Shown here in pieces: positions 9,435 to 21,135 of a DNA stretch of 35,409 nucleotides. How positions within the stretch are numbered: position 1 is the stretch's first letter; every line of letters begins with the position of its first letter. The position numbers and the translations under genes were made by a program. The notes below the pieces were generated by a model, which did no database searches, was not told the origin of the DNA, and worked only from the letters and a program-made list of their open reading frames with translations. The stretch lies in assembly GCF_001194135.2 (NCBI RefSeq), contig NC_069003.1:17334477-17369885 (forward strand), given 5' to 3'. The stretch is from Octopus bimaculoides (taxonomy: Eukaryota).

Positions 9435-11560
9435 ATCATCATCTAGTGTTTTAAATCCAGGTTTTGTCCCCATTAACAGAGATGGCCAGATCTACCTCAA
9501 TGCCATAGCAACCGCCCTCACACCATCTCACCGTTTTGAGCGTCCTCCCTTCTCAAGCCAACCCTCCCAATCTCTATATGTCCCCTCCACGTTTTCCTCA
9601 GTCTACCTCATTTTCTCAGTCCATTTATCTCAAACACAAGCACCGTCCTCAGAACATGCTCTTCATCCCTCAAACACATGCGCCTCGTAAATAACACCAC
9701 ATGGATCAACCTTACTCATTAACACTTCTAACCCACTCACCATCACCTTCGTCTTCCCAAAGTTTACCTTCAAATGCTTTCTTCCATTTCCAAAACTTCA
9801 CCCTCAATCCCTCCGTCGTCTCATTCATCAGAACAAGGTAATCTGCATACAGTATCTCCATTATCAATTCCTCTCTTGCACTCTCCATTATTGCAAACAA
9901 CAACGGTGACAACAAAGATCCCTGATGCACACCAACTTTCACCGCAAACACCTCTGATCCAATTCTAACTCGTCTTTACCCACCTCATATAAACTCATCA
10001 CTGCCTTCATTATTACCTCTAGTACACCTCTCTTCCTCAATCACCTTCCTTGGAACCCTATCAAATGCCTTCTTCAGACCAACGAAGCACATGTACAACT
10101 TCTCCTTATCTCAGTATTCCTCTTGCAATCTCCTTACAATGAACACTGCATCTATTGTCCCCCTACCTGGCATAAAACCAAACTGCATCTCATCCACGTC
10201 CACCCACTTCCGAATTCTCTCCAACACCCTTTCCACTATCTTCATTGCATGCTCCAATAGCTTCATTCCTTATACACCCTACAACTCATCGCATTCTCTT
10301 CCCCTTGAAGATCGGTACCACCATACTTAGTGCCCAATCATCTGGCATTCCTCTTCCATCCAGCACACCATGGCAGAGCTCCATAATCACAATCCCTATC
10401 TCACCACTTGCAGTTATCATTTCCACACTTACTTCTGATGGACCAGCTGCCTTTCCTGTTTTCATTGCCTCCACTACTTCTTCCCAACTAACCCTCTCCA
10501 CTGGCCCCTTCACCACAACTTCCGCCCCCTGATCCCATTCATTCTCCTCGTTCATAATTCCCTCCATATGCTCCTTTCAAACTCTTACCCTGTCCTTCTC
10601 ACTAAAATTCAACCTTCCATTGTTCCCTCTCATGCACCTTCCTCCCTCAAAATCCTTTCCATCTTTTTTCATTGATTTAATAAACCTAAACACTATCTGG
10701 GCTCTCATCCAGCCTGCTCAACCTCTCTTCAGCTTCCTTCCTGATAGATCTCGCAACCACTCTCTTTGCATGATTCTTCATGTTATTATACCTGGCTTTC
10801 ATTTGCTCAGTCCCTTTATTACATAAAGCTTTGTGTGCCTCCTTCCTCACTATCACAGACTTAACCTCCTCTTTCCATCACCACGTATCTCCTCTTTCCA
10901 TCACCACGTATCTCCTCAACCACTCCTATCTTTCGTCCTTCCACACACTTCATCACATGCCTTTAGTACCCTTTCTTTAAAAGACTTCCACAAATCCGGT
11001 GCATCAATGCTTACCAACTCTCTCTCCTCAAACCCTGCTCTTGTTTCTTCTTCCTTCAGTTTCCAGACCTTTCTCCTCTCAAATGTTCTCTTTCACACAT
11101 TTTCGTCTTATCCAAGTCAGCAACCACCAACCTGTGCTGCAACTCCCCTGGTATTGTCTTCACATCTCTCAGATATTTTCTGTTTTTCCTGCCAACCAAT
11201 ATAAAATCAATCTATGTCTCATTCCCTCCTGTGCTGAAAGTCACCTTCCTTTTCTGTTTTCCTAAACCACGTGTTTGCCACACACAACCCTTTCTCATCA
11301 CAAAAAACTCCAACAGCATCCTTCCTTCCACGTTTCTCTCCTCATATCTATTTCCCCTATGCACACCCTCAAAGCTCTGGATCCATTTCCCAACATCTCC
11401 ATTAAAATCACCCATGCCCAAAACCAATTTATCTACCTTATGTAAGTCCCATTCATTCACCATTTCATCAAAGAACCGCAGCCACAAATCACCCGCTTCC
11501 TCAAATGCTAACACTACTGTCACTTTCTCCTGACCTCCACCACCTCACTTTATACACTCT
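9435..11560 (-). mobile_element. RTE-clade LINE (family 2), decayed endonuclease plus RT
   Basis: APE motif MGDFNGDVG, then MKTGKAAGPSEV and RT motif GVHQGSLLSPLLF..LYAD, with many frameshifts. (GAT)n tail at 9435-9443. Confidence 0.93.
10866..10917. repeat. 23-bp perfect tandem duplication within the RTE
   Basis: ctcctctttccatcaccacgtat occurs twice, plus a partial third unit. Confidence 0.9.
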
Positions 11561-11569
11561 TTTTATTAG

Positions 11570-12130
11570 TATTAACTTCATTAATATTGGATTTTTTCCC
11601 TACCATAATTTTTATTCTTAATTTTATAATAATAATGACTATTCTTATTATTCATACCAACTACATATTCAGTATTTACAGATTCAGACCTATATTTATT
11701 AATATGTTCATCTTCAATACTTAAATTTTTGCCTATCACATTTGTATCGTTATTGATCTTTCTTTTATTTAGCTTAATTAAGAAAGATTGCTTAACCTTA
11801 ATGAACCAATCAAAAACCCCCAAGGAATTGGACCATAAAAATAAATTAATATATTAAGCCTAGGAATATGTTTATCAATAATAAACCTAGAAATCTTACC
11901 TATATCTGATTTCAATGGGCAAATCAGCCTTGTGGATGAGTATTAAAATTAGGTTTGTGGTCCTTAAAATTTATTCTAGATGTTTTGAAAGTGTAAAGTT
12001 CAGTTCAATCTCTAACTATGTCTTTCACAATTAGGTTAATGTTAAGTAAATTTTCTTTGGAGGTAATTTTATAATCCTTTGTAATTTGTTTTTCAATTAA
12101 AGATGAATCTTTTTCATAATCATTTTCATT
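11570..12130 (-). mobile_element. Degenerate Penelope-like (PLE) reverse transcriptase fragment
   Basis: Across frames: FKDHKPNFNTHPQ / RLICPLKSDIGKISR / LWSNSLGVFDWFIK. This resembles the KDHKxNF..CRLINPAKSEIGKISK..QWRNTxxVIDWF signature that I recall from marine-invertebrate PLE RTs. Confidence 0.7.
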
Positions 12131-12223
12131 TATTTAAGTAATAGTCTGCCGAATGTTGACCCAACAGAGGGACCAGCTATCCAAATTGATGATGATGACG
12201 ATAGAAAAATTAATCTACAAATT

Positions 12224-12440
12224 TTAGTAAATGCATTTGGGATTTAAAAGATAGGAACATTAAGCATGATTTAAAGTGATCCATTATTAGTTATGCACCA
12301 TCATACAATATTAGTAATTCTCCATGTGATCTTTGCCCTGAAAAAATGTATTATATAATTACTTCTAAATAAATTTTATTTATTTTTAATAAGAACTTTA
12401 CAATAAGATGTTGCCATAAATTTCTGAAGCCATTCAAATA
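12224..12440. repeat. Long inverted repeat, arm B
   Basis: Partner of arm A, carrying an extra AT-rich insertion of about 30 nt near 12370-12400. Confidence 0.92.
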
Positions 12441-12996
12441 GCTTTTCATATTATATAACAAGGTTAATTCTTCTAAAAGGTTTAATACATTTAATAAATA
12501 GATAACTAATAGTTGTGACGTAAAATCTGTTTCTAATAATCATAATGTAGAATTCTTGTTTATTTTTGTTTAGTTATCCAATTATGTTCTCAATAGTTGA
12601 ATACAAAAAATGACTTTTCTTAAATGTTTATTTTTTATCTTTATAATTTTTTCATTATCCACCATTAGTTGAATACAGCAATGTCTTGGATAGAATTGCC
12701 TTAAGCATTCTTTTTGTAGGGGTTCATGTACTGTATTCAATATTTCATATGATCAATTCAAATTTCATTAATTTTGAATCGCATTGATAACGGCTTAACA
12801 AAAATTTTTGGAAATATTACTTTTAATATTTTTGGAGTGTATGTGTTAATGCAATAGAAACAATTGTCATCTTTATAAGGTGAGATCTATAATAAAGATG
12901 TAATTTTCTCTATATGTACTTTTTATTGTCATACACACGCACACACACACACACACTCTCATCATGAAACCAGAGAATATATTCAAGAGAACTCAC

Positions 12997-14015
12997 CTGG
13001 GGGGATTGAGCTTTCTGAGCTGTTAGAGTCAGATGAAAAGAGAACCAAGGAAGAACTAGAACCACCGCAAGAATTGGAATAAGTATAATCATCTTCAGCC
13101 ATAGATAATTGGTCGTCATGTTGTTGTTGAGGATTTATGAGGTGATCACAGGTGTTTGTGGGAAGGGGTGCAACAGTTACAGGAGAAGAAAGAGGCTGAA
13201 GATCAAGTTCGGGAAATATATTTGAAAGTGGTGGTAGTGGTTTCTCATCCTTGACACAGCCATTGCTGTTGCTTTTTTTCCGTTGTGGACGACGAAGATT
13301 ACGTGACTTCCTCTCTTTCCGCCTCCCCCTTTTCTCAAAACTAGCACTGAGTCGACGAGGTACAAAATTCAAGCTGAATCCTCGACAAACAACAGTGGTG
13401 CTACCAGCTCCACCAAGTTTTGTCAACATCGGGGACTGAGAAGTGATAACTGAGGACGGACGATTCTTAAAGAACTTGCGCTCACTGCCACAGCCACCAC
13501 TGTTATCTGCAGTGGTAGGGCTATCTGTGACAATACTCGGAGTGCGTGGCATTACAACACTAATGTTCTCTACTCCTATACTCCTTATGATGTCTTCACT
13601 TACAACTTTGGTTGATGACTCTTGTTGTGCTGAATGGATGAATTTTAATCGTTTACTTGGTTCAATGTAATAGCATGGTCGGCGTCGATGTTGAACTCCA
13701 GATGCAAGTCTTGAACCTTCGGGATGACAAGAAGTTGATGCAGCAGAAGAATGCGGAGGAGTTACTGTATCAACCTCCCAGTGACCTTCAGGAACTGAAT
13801 GTAAACCTGTCTCCACATCTGCCAAGTGAGATGTTTCACTGTGATTCCCTAAGTTGCTTTCACCAAGAGAGTAGCGGAGGTAAAATGGTAACTTAACCCT
13901 GGGCTTTGGTGTTGTGCAGCTGTTCCCATAGAAAGACTTAGCAGTGAATGATGGTTTATTATTCACTTCATCAATGCTGCTACTTAGCAATGGTTCTTCA
14001 TTAGTATCAACATTG
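12997..14015 (-). CDS. ESCO2: ESCO-family acetyltransferase, large N-terminal low-complexity exon (1019 nt, phase 2 to 1)
   Basis: Lies within the 360-aa ORF 12983-14065. Acceptor tttttctcatttcAG, donor ccag|GTGAGT. Ser/Thr/basic-rich with SFY, KFFKNR and KRGRRKERK motifs, and phase-compatible with downstream ESCO exons. The symbol means ESCO2-like; invertebrates may have a single ESCO gene. Confidence 0.85.
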
Positions 14016-15039
14016 CTGAAATGAGAAAAATATAAATATAAAATATCACAGACAAAGGCTCTCATTGACTAAATCGACGACAGCATTTACTATCCCACCA
14101 AGGTCTTCATTATCATCACACCTGTGTGTATGTTAACATCACTACTTGCATCTACACTAATATAGATGCAGGAATGGCTGAGGTTAACAAGACAGAGTAT
14201 GGAAGATGACTTTTGTCTAATGTGCCATGCAATAGGATAAAAGTGGGGATAGTGATTTCTTATCTTCAACAGAACCAAAGGGTTATGAATAAAACATGCA
14301 TGCAACTCAATATTTATTTCATTGAGCCCCAAAGAGACAGAGACCTGCATGCTAATTTCACGAGCAGGCTTTGCATTGGAAAACTCATCATCATAACCGA
14401 TGGAAAGTCAGTTCATAAAAACAGAGCATTGAAAGTGACCACGCTTACCCATAAATAAAGACGAAACTGAAACAAAGCCAACATTTTATTATATTTTAAA
14501 GTAATTTGCAAGTAATGACACTAGTCATGTTACACTCTTAAATAGAAACAAAGTTCAGATCTTGTAAAAAAAAAAAAAACTGTGTTGTACTCAATGTAAA
14601 AAAAAAATCACTGCTTAACAAAACACACAAGTCATATGGCACACAACAGCTGTACTTGGTGGAATTTTCCTGGCATTTTGTGGAAATTACTATTTGTGAT
14701 GCACAGAGTCAGCATTCACAAGTCTTTTTTGGAAGAAAGATTTTCAGCTATATTACTAATAATATACCTCAGAAGTAATTGAAAAAAAACAACATACAAA
14801 CAAATACATAACAACCCTTAGATTTATAAAAAAATATTCATAACATACAAAAAGTAAATCTGCTATGCAGTGCATGGGTACTTTCAAAACAAAAACACCA
14901 AAACAAAACACAGCACATACCCAATGAACAGAGTTGTGCCTGGCACTGCAGTGTAAACAATAACAATAAGACAACTAAAAAATATTAATAACTAACAGAG
15001 ATACCCAGCATTCGACACAATTAAAATGGCATACTTTTT

Positions 15040-15283
15040 TATTCTTTGAATTGTCTCAGTCATGTGACTGCGGCCACGCTGCAGCACCACCATGTTATGG
15101 GGGGGGGGGGAGACACACACACACACATTATATATAAACAATGGGCTTCCTTCAGTTTCCGCCTACCAAATCTACCCACAAGGCTGTGGTTGGCTCTAGG
15201 CTATGGAAGACACTTGTCCAAGGTGTCACACAGTAGGATTGAACCCGGAATTATGTGACTGGTAAGGAAGCTACTTACCACAC
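15040..15283 (-). mobile_element. SINE family B, internally deleted
   Basis: cagtcatgtgactgcggcc tail and gaagacacttgtccaaggtg...gctacttaccac head. Confidence 0.85.
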
Positions 15284-15544
15284 ATATATATAATATATAT
15301 ATATAATACACATATATGTAACATAAAAAACATATCTAACATATCATACATATATAATACATGTATAATAAATTAGACATATATAATATACAATACATAT
15401 ATACATATAATGCATAAATAAAATATAATATATATTTATAATCTATAATATATATAATACATATATAAAATATAATATATAATACACGATATATAGCATA
15501 TATAATTTACATATACACATATATATAAATAGTATATAATACAT
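15284..15544. repeat. AT-rich low-complexity tract, degenerate (TA/ATAC)n
   Basis: Direct reading of the sequence. Confidence 0.85.
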
Positions 15545-16726
15545 GGCAGACTGTATGACGCATGTGTACGAACAGCCATACTACATGGCAGTGAAACATG
15601 GGCCGTGACTGCTGAGAACATGCATAAGCTTGCAAGGAATGAAGCTAGTATGCTCCGATGGATGTGCAATGTCAGTGTGCATATTCAACAGAGTGTAAGT
15701 ACCTTGAGAGAAAAGTTGAACCTAAGAAGCATCACTTATGGTGTGCAAGAGAGATGATTGCGCTGGTATGGACATGTGGCAAGAATGGATGAGGATAGCT
15801 GTGTAAAAAAGTGCCACAGCCTAGCGGTTGAGAGTACATGTGGAAGAGGTAGACCCAGGATGAGGTGGTGAAGCACGACCTTCGAACATTAGGCCTCACT
15901 GAGGTAATGACTTGTGACCCAGACCCTTGGAAATATGCTGTGCATGAGAAGACCCGGCAAGACAAGTGGGACCAGAAGCCGTACCTTTCCTTCTTTGGAC
16001 ACAAAACCCTGCTTGCTAAGACCTGTTGAGGCAAATGAAATTGAACCAAATTTGATGACCGGCACCCATGCCAACCTTCCTTCATTGGACACTAAACTCA
16101 GCTTGCNNNNNNNNNNNNNNNNNNNNNNNNNNNNNNNNNNNNNNNNNNNNNNNNNNNNNNNNNNNNNNNNNNNNNNNNNNNNNNNNNNNNNNNNNNNNNN
16201 NNNNNNNNATGACTGGCACCCGTGCCAGTGGAGTGCTAACAGCACCATCCTAGCCGGATCACTGCCAGAGCCGCAGCCTCGCTCCCATGCCGGTGGCACG
16301 TAAAAAGCACCATTTGAGCGCGATCATTTCCAGCTTCGCCTTGTGCTGGTGACATGTGAACAAAACATTGGACTGACTCTTGTGTAGATGGCACGTAAAA
16401 AACACCATTTGAGCATGGCCGTTGCCAGTACTGCCGGACTGGCCCTCGTGCCAGTGACATGTAAAAAGCACCCACTTCACTCTCGGAATGGTTGGCGTTA
16501 GGAAGGGCATCCAGCTGTAGAAACTCTGCCAGATCAGATTGGAGTCTGGTATAGCCANNNNNNNNNNCCACTTCACTCTCGGAATGGTTGGCGTTAGGAA
16601 GGGCATCCAGCTGTAGAAACTCTGCCAGATCAGATTGGAGTCTGGTATAGCCATCTGGTTTGCCAGTCCCCAGTCACATTGTCCAACCCATGCTAGCATG
16701 GAAAGCGGACGTTAAATGATGATGAT
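15545..16726 (+). mobile_element. RTE family 1, 3' portion with (GAT)n tail (interrupted by N gaps)
   Basis: Near-identical to 6955-8104. Confidence 0.92.
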
Positions 16727-16737
16727 ATATATATATC

Positions 16738-17090
16738 TTTTTCTCTTTACTCTTTTACTTGTTTCAGTCATTTGATTGTGGCCATGCTGGCGCACCGCCT
16801 TTAGTCGAGCAAATCGGCCCCAGGACTTATTCTATCAGAATCTTTTGCCGAACTGCTAAGTTACGGAGACTTAAACACACCAGCATCGATTGTCAAGTGA
16901 TGTTGGGGGACAAACACAGACACATAAACATACACACACACATACATATATACAACGGGCTTCTTTCAGTTTCCGTCTACCAAATCCACTCACAAGGCTT
17001 TGGTCAGCCCAAGGCTATAGTAGAAGACACTTGCCCAAGGTGCCACGCAGTGGGACTGAACCCGGAACCATGTGGTTGGTAAGCAAGCTA
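16738..17090 (-). mobile_element. SINE family B, near-complete
   Basis: On the minus strand: tRNA-like head (gcttgcttaccaaccacatggttccgggttcagtccc, B-box-like), central CA microsatellite and tail ending gactgaaacaagtaaaagag. Confidence 0.92.
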
Positions 17091-18479
17091 TATATATATA
17101 TATATATATATATATATNNNNNNNNNNNNNNNNNNNNNNNNNNNNNNNNNNNNNNNNNNNNNNNNNNNNNNNNNNNNNNNNNNNNNNNNNNNNNNNNNNN
17201 NNNNNNNNNNNNNNNNNNNNNNNNNNNNNNNNNNNNNNNNNNNNNNNNNNNNNNNNNNNNNNNNNNNNNNNNNNNNNNNNNNNNNNNNNNNNNNNNNNNN
17301 NNNNNNNNNNNNNNNNNNNNNNNNNNNNNNNNNNNNNNNNNNNNNNNNNNNNNNNNNNNNNNNNNNNNNNNNNNNNNNNNNNNNNNNNNNNNNNNNNNNN
17401 NNNNNNNNNNNNNNNNNNNNNNNNNNNNNNNNNNNNNNNNNNNNNNNNNNNNNNNNNNNNNNNNNNNNNNNNNNNNNNNNNNNNNNNNNNNNNNNNNNNN
17501 NNNNNNNNNNNNNNNNNNNNNNNNNNNNNNNNNNNNNNNNNNNNNNNNNNNNNNNNNNNNNNNNNNNNNNNNNNNNNNNNNNNNNNNNNNNNNNNNNNNN
17601 NNNNNNNNNNNNNNNNNNNNNNNNNNNNNNNNNNNNNNNNNNNNNNNNNNNNNNNNNNNNNNNNNNNNNNNNNNNNNNNNNNNNNNNNNNNNNNNNNNNN
17701 NNNNNNNNNNNNNNNNNNNNNNNNNNNNNNNNNNNNNNNNNNNNNNNNNNNNNNNNNNNNNNNNNNNNNNNNNNNNNNNNNNNNNNNNNNNNNNNNNNNN
17801 NNNNNNNATTACGATGCGCACTCTTCTACTATCTCTCTCCCTCTCTTGTTCTTCATCCTTTCTGTTTTTCTCTCCCATCCTTTTTCTATTCTCTCCCTTT
17901 CACCGTTCCCTCTCTCACTCTTCTTCCTTGACTCTTTCGTCGCTGACACATAACAAAAGGGGATCTCTCTTTCTGTCCACCTCCTTGCTAAGGAAAAGAC
18001 GTGCCTTTTCTTGTCTCCGCATGGCTCGTCTACCTAGCGTTCATAATAATATTTCTATCATCTTGGCTCAACAGCCCTCACCGTTTGTTTTTACTGTCTT
18101 GTTCTTGTTAACACTTTCACCCTCCGCAAAAAATCCCAAATTTTATTTAATTTGCTTCGCAGGAAGGACTGTTTCAATGAAGTCACATATTGTCCTTGCC
18201 TTCAAAACGCGGAGTAGATGAAACAGACAACTGACGAAGGGGTACACTCCTTATGTTGCATGTCTCGTTTCTCTGTTGTTCGAAAAACTTTGTTTTCTAT
18301 GTTTTCGTCTCATTATGTTTAACATTTTTTTGATGTCCTGTACCCATATATGCATGCATGTATACATATAGATGTAGGTATGTACACATATGTATGGATA
18401 TATGCATATATTTACATATTATTTATATTATATGATCGAATGCCACAAATTCTTTTCCAAGTAAGTTTGATCTTAATAT

Positions 18480-19030
18480 ATCATCATCATTGTTTAACGT
18501 CCGCTTCCCATGCTAGCATGGGTTGGATGATTTGACTGAGGACTGGTGAAACCAGATGGCTACACCAGGCTCCAATCTGATTTGGCAGACTTTCTGCAGC
18601 TGGATGCCCTTCCTAACACCAACCACTCAGAGAGTGTAGTGGGTGTTTTTATATGCCATCTGCACGAAGGCCAGTCAGGCGGTACTGGCAACGGCCATGC
18701 TCAAAATGGNNNNNNNNNNGGTCTTCGCAAGTGGAGTTTAGTGTCCAATGAAGGAAGGTACGCATAAGTCGACAGGCTGAGGCCTTAGATTTAGGTCTCA
18801 CTTGGCTTGCCGGGTCTTCTCACGTACAGCATATTTCCAAATTGGCAGAATTTCTACAGCTGGATGCCCTTCCTAACACCAACCACTCAGAGAGTGTAGT
18901 GGGTGCTTTTACATGCCACCGGCATGAAGGCCAGTCAGGCGGTACTGGCAACGGCCATGCTCAAAATGGTGTATTTTATGTCCCACCCGCACAAGAGCCA
19001 GTCCAGGGGCACTGGCAACGATCTTTCTCG
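18480..19030 (-). mobile_element. RTE family 1 3' UTR/tail pieces (two partial tail copies around a small N gap)
   Basis: Reverse complement of 7340-7400 and 7860-8100. Confidence 0.88.
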
Positions 19031-19204
19031 AAAGTCCTTACACATGCCGCAGGCACATATATATATATGTGTATAAATAATATAGAATGGGACAAGGACA
19101 CAAAACATCCAGACAATTAAGTGATATAAGAAAGGGACAAAACATACAGATAGACGATACAAAGGAAACACGGACAGGTCATTCGGAGTTTTCTCTCTTC
19201 GGTC

Positions 19205-19207
<3 letters not shown>

Positions 19208-19262
<55 letters not shown>
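19208..19262. repeat. (TA)n microsatellite
   Basis: Direct reading. Other (TA)n runs occur at about 258, 9102, 17090, 21060 and 22352. Confidence 0.95.
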
Positions 19263-19266
<4 letters not shown>

Positions 19267-19510
19267 CACATATACACAGGGCACCTATTCACCTTCAATT
19301 AACAAAAATTTTAATTTTAAATTTAAAAGTATCGCTCTCTTAGGCTTAAATGAAATAAAAATGCATGAGTAATTCAGAATCACTAGTCGCATTGAACAAA
19401 ATTTAGTAGAAGAAAAGTTATGAGGTAAAATGTTACGAAATTTCATGTCAGTAAGAGAGTAAGGAAATATCACCTCAACTCTAAGAATAAAATCAATGTT
19501 TACTTTCTAA

Positions 19511-19612
19511 TGCGGCGAGCTAGCAGAAACATTAGCACACCAGGTGAAATGCTTAATGGTATTTCGGCTGTCTTTACGTTTTTGAGTTCAAATTTCTCTG
19601 AGGTTGACTTTG
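19511..19612 (+). mobile_element. SINE family A, 5' half
   Basis: gcggcgagctagcagaa (A-box-like) ... gagttcaaattt (B-box-like). Confidence 0.85.
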
Positions 19613-21046
19613 ACGTACAGATTATTTAACTAAACAGTTTCAAACTTCCGATACTGGTAGAATGTGTCACATAGAACAGGGTTTACTCTCAATGTTTTTG
19701 ACAAAGCTTTGTATTTCGTCAGAAGTTACAGAGTAACAATGGACAAATTCATGTCTGATAAGTGCCAATACATGAAACTCTCAGCTTTTGATTTACTCTC
19801 TAACTTCTGCCAATGATATATATATACACATTACATACATGTGTAAAAAGTCTCACCATCCAAGCGAACCAATCTGGTCGCTTGACACGCTAAAAATAGC
19901 AGCCAAAGTATCCCTCTACCTAAATCACACGCCCATTGTATGTAATGTCCTAGATTATCCCTAAAAAGACGGTTTGCTGAAGGTTGGAATGCCTTTGATA
20001 ATACGTTTGCAGTATCAGGGTTGATTTGAGGCTAAATAACATTATGGTCAATTTCTATATTAACACCCACACGATTTTCACTAAGTAAAAAAAGAACAAA
20101 AAATGATTTTTTTGACCTCCTAATATGCTGCAAATGCTAAATTTTGGTTCGGAAAAAATTAGCCCCTCACAACCACCAATCCCAGAATCAATGGAAATTT
20201 TTTTTTCATTGAATGAATTTCTGTGACCTCCTAATATTGCAAAATTAGGTTACTTAAGGTGAGCCTGGTAACTGATGGGTTTTGGGATTTCATTGTTTGT
20301 AACTTTTGGTGAGCCATGGTGCAACCAACATGATAAAAACCCCTGCTATTAATTCAATCACAACATATATTTAAATTAAACACAAAAAAAAAAAATGAAA
20401 TATTATCATCACTTACATGGAAAACTCGAAATATTACCTTTCAGTATTTTATAAGGAAAAAATCTTAAATTATTGACACATTATTAATTATCTTATAACA
20501 GCAATGCCTGGAAAAATGCAAGCATGGAAAGTANNNNNNNNNNNNNNNNNNNNNNNNNNNNNNNNNNNNNNNNNNNNNNNNNNNNNNNNNNNNNNNNNNN
20601 NNNNNNNNNNNNNNNNNNNNNNNNNNNNNNNNNNNNNNNNNNNNNNNNNNNNNNNNNNNNNNNNNNNNNNNNNNNNNNNNNNNNNNNNNNNNNNNNNNNN
20701 NNNNNNNNNNNNNNNNNNNNNNNNNNNNNNNNNNNNNNNNNNNNNNNNNNNNNNNNNNNNNNNNNNNNNNNNNNNNNNNNNNNNNNNNNNNNNNNNNNNN
20801 NNNNNNNNNNNNNNNNNNNNNNNNNNNNNNNNNNNNNNNNNNNNNNNNNNNNNNNNNNNNNNNNNNAATAAATTAGAAGAACTGGTATTCTTTGCTGCAA
20901 TATTTTAAGTAAAAAGTATCTTATTCTTTACTTTACTAGAAGTAATAGCTTGTCCTATACTTTTTGTAGGTATAATAACCTGTCTTGTACTTTTCCAGGT
21001 TTATAATCTTAAGAATGACTTTCATGCTCAAGTTTTTCCATCTAAT

Positions 21047-21097
<51 letters not shown>

Positions 21098-21135
21098 CAC
21101 ACATGAATTCATATACATACATATATGCATATATA

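Noticed and set aside
9373-11533. Plus-strand ORFs of 65-125 aa
   Set aside because: They are antisense shadows of the minus-strand RTE, with CT-rich bias.
11570-12130. Possible mitochondrial insertion (very AT-rich)
   Set aside because: I recognise no mitochondrial gene motifs, and PLE RT motifs explain the region better.
12600-12732. Open reading stretch (VHEPLQKECLRQFYP...) as an extra ESCO exon
   Set aside because: No polypyrimidine tract, no convincing donor, and it is not needed for phase continuity.
14016-14065. ATG at 14065 as the ESCO start (MRAFVCDILYLYFSHF)
   Set aside because: The segment reads as a polypyrimidine tract ending in CAG, and a phase-matching upstream ATG exon exists. 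It is not fully excluded.
14090-14410. Open frame of about 105 codons just upstream of the large exon
   Set aside because: No recognisable homology, no fitting acceptor/donor pair, and it partly overlaps a SINE C fragment.
16470-16650. Exact duplication of about 85 bp on both sides of a roughly 10-N gap
   Set aside because: Typical unmerged contig overlap, not a biological tandem repeat.
18218-18300. CTGACGA plus a small stem, resembling a hammerhead
   Set aside because: There is no GAAA after stem II, and the upstream GAAA is too close for a permuted topology.
18585-18975. Two similar RTE tail copies flanking a small N gap
   Set aside because: Probably haplotype or contig misjoin, or ordinary adjacent insertions; this cannot be resolved without reads.
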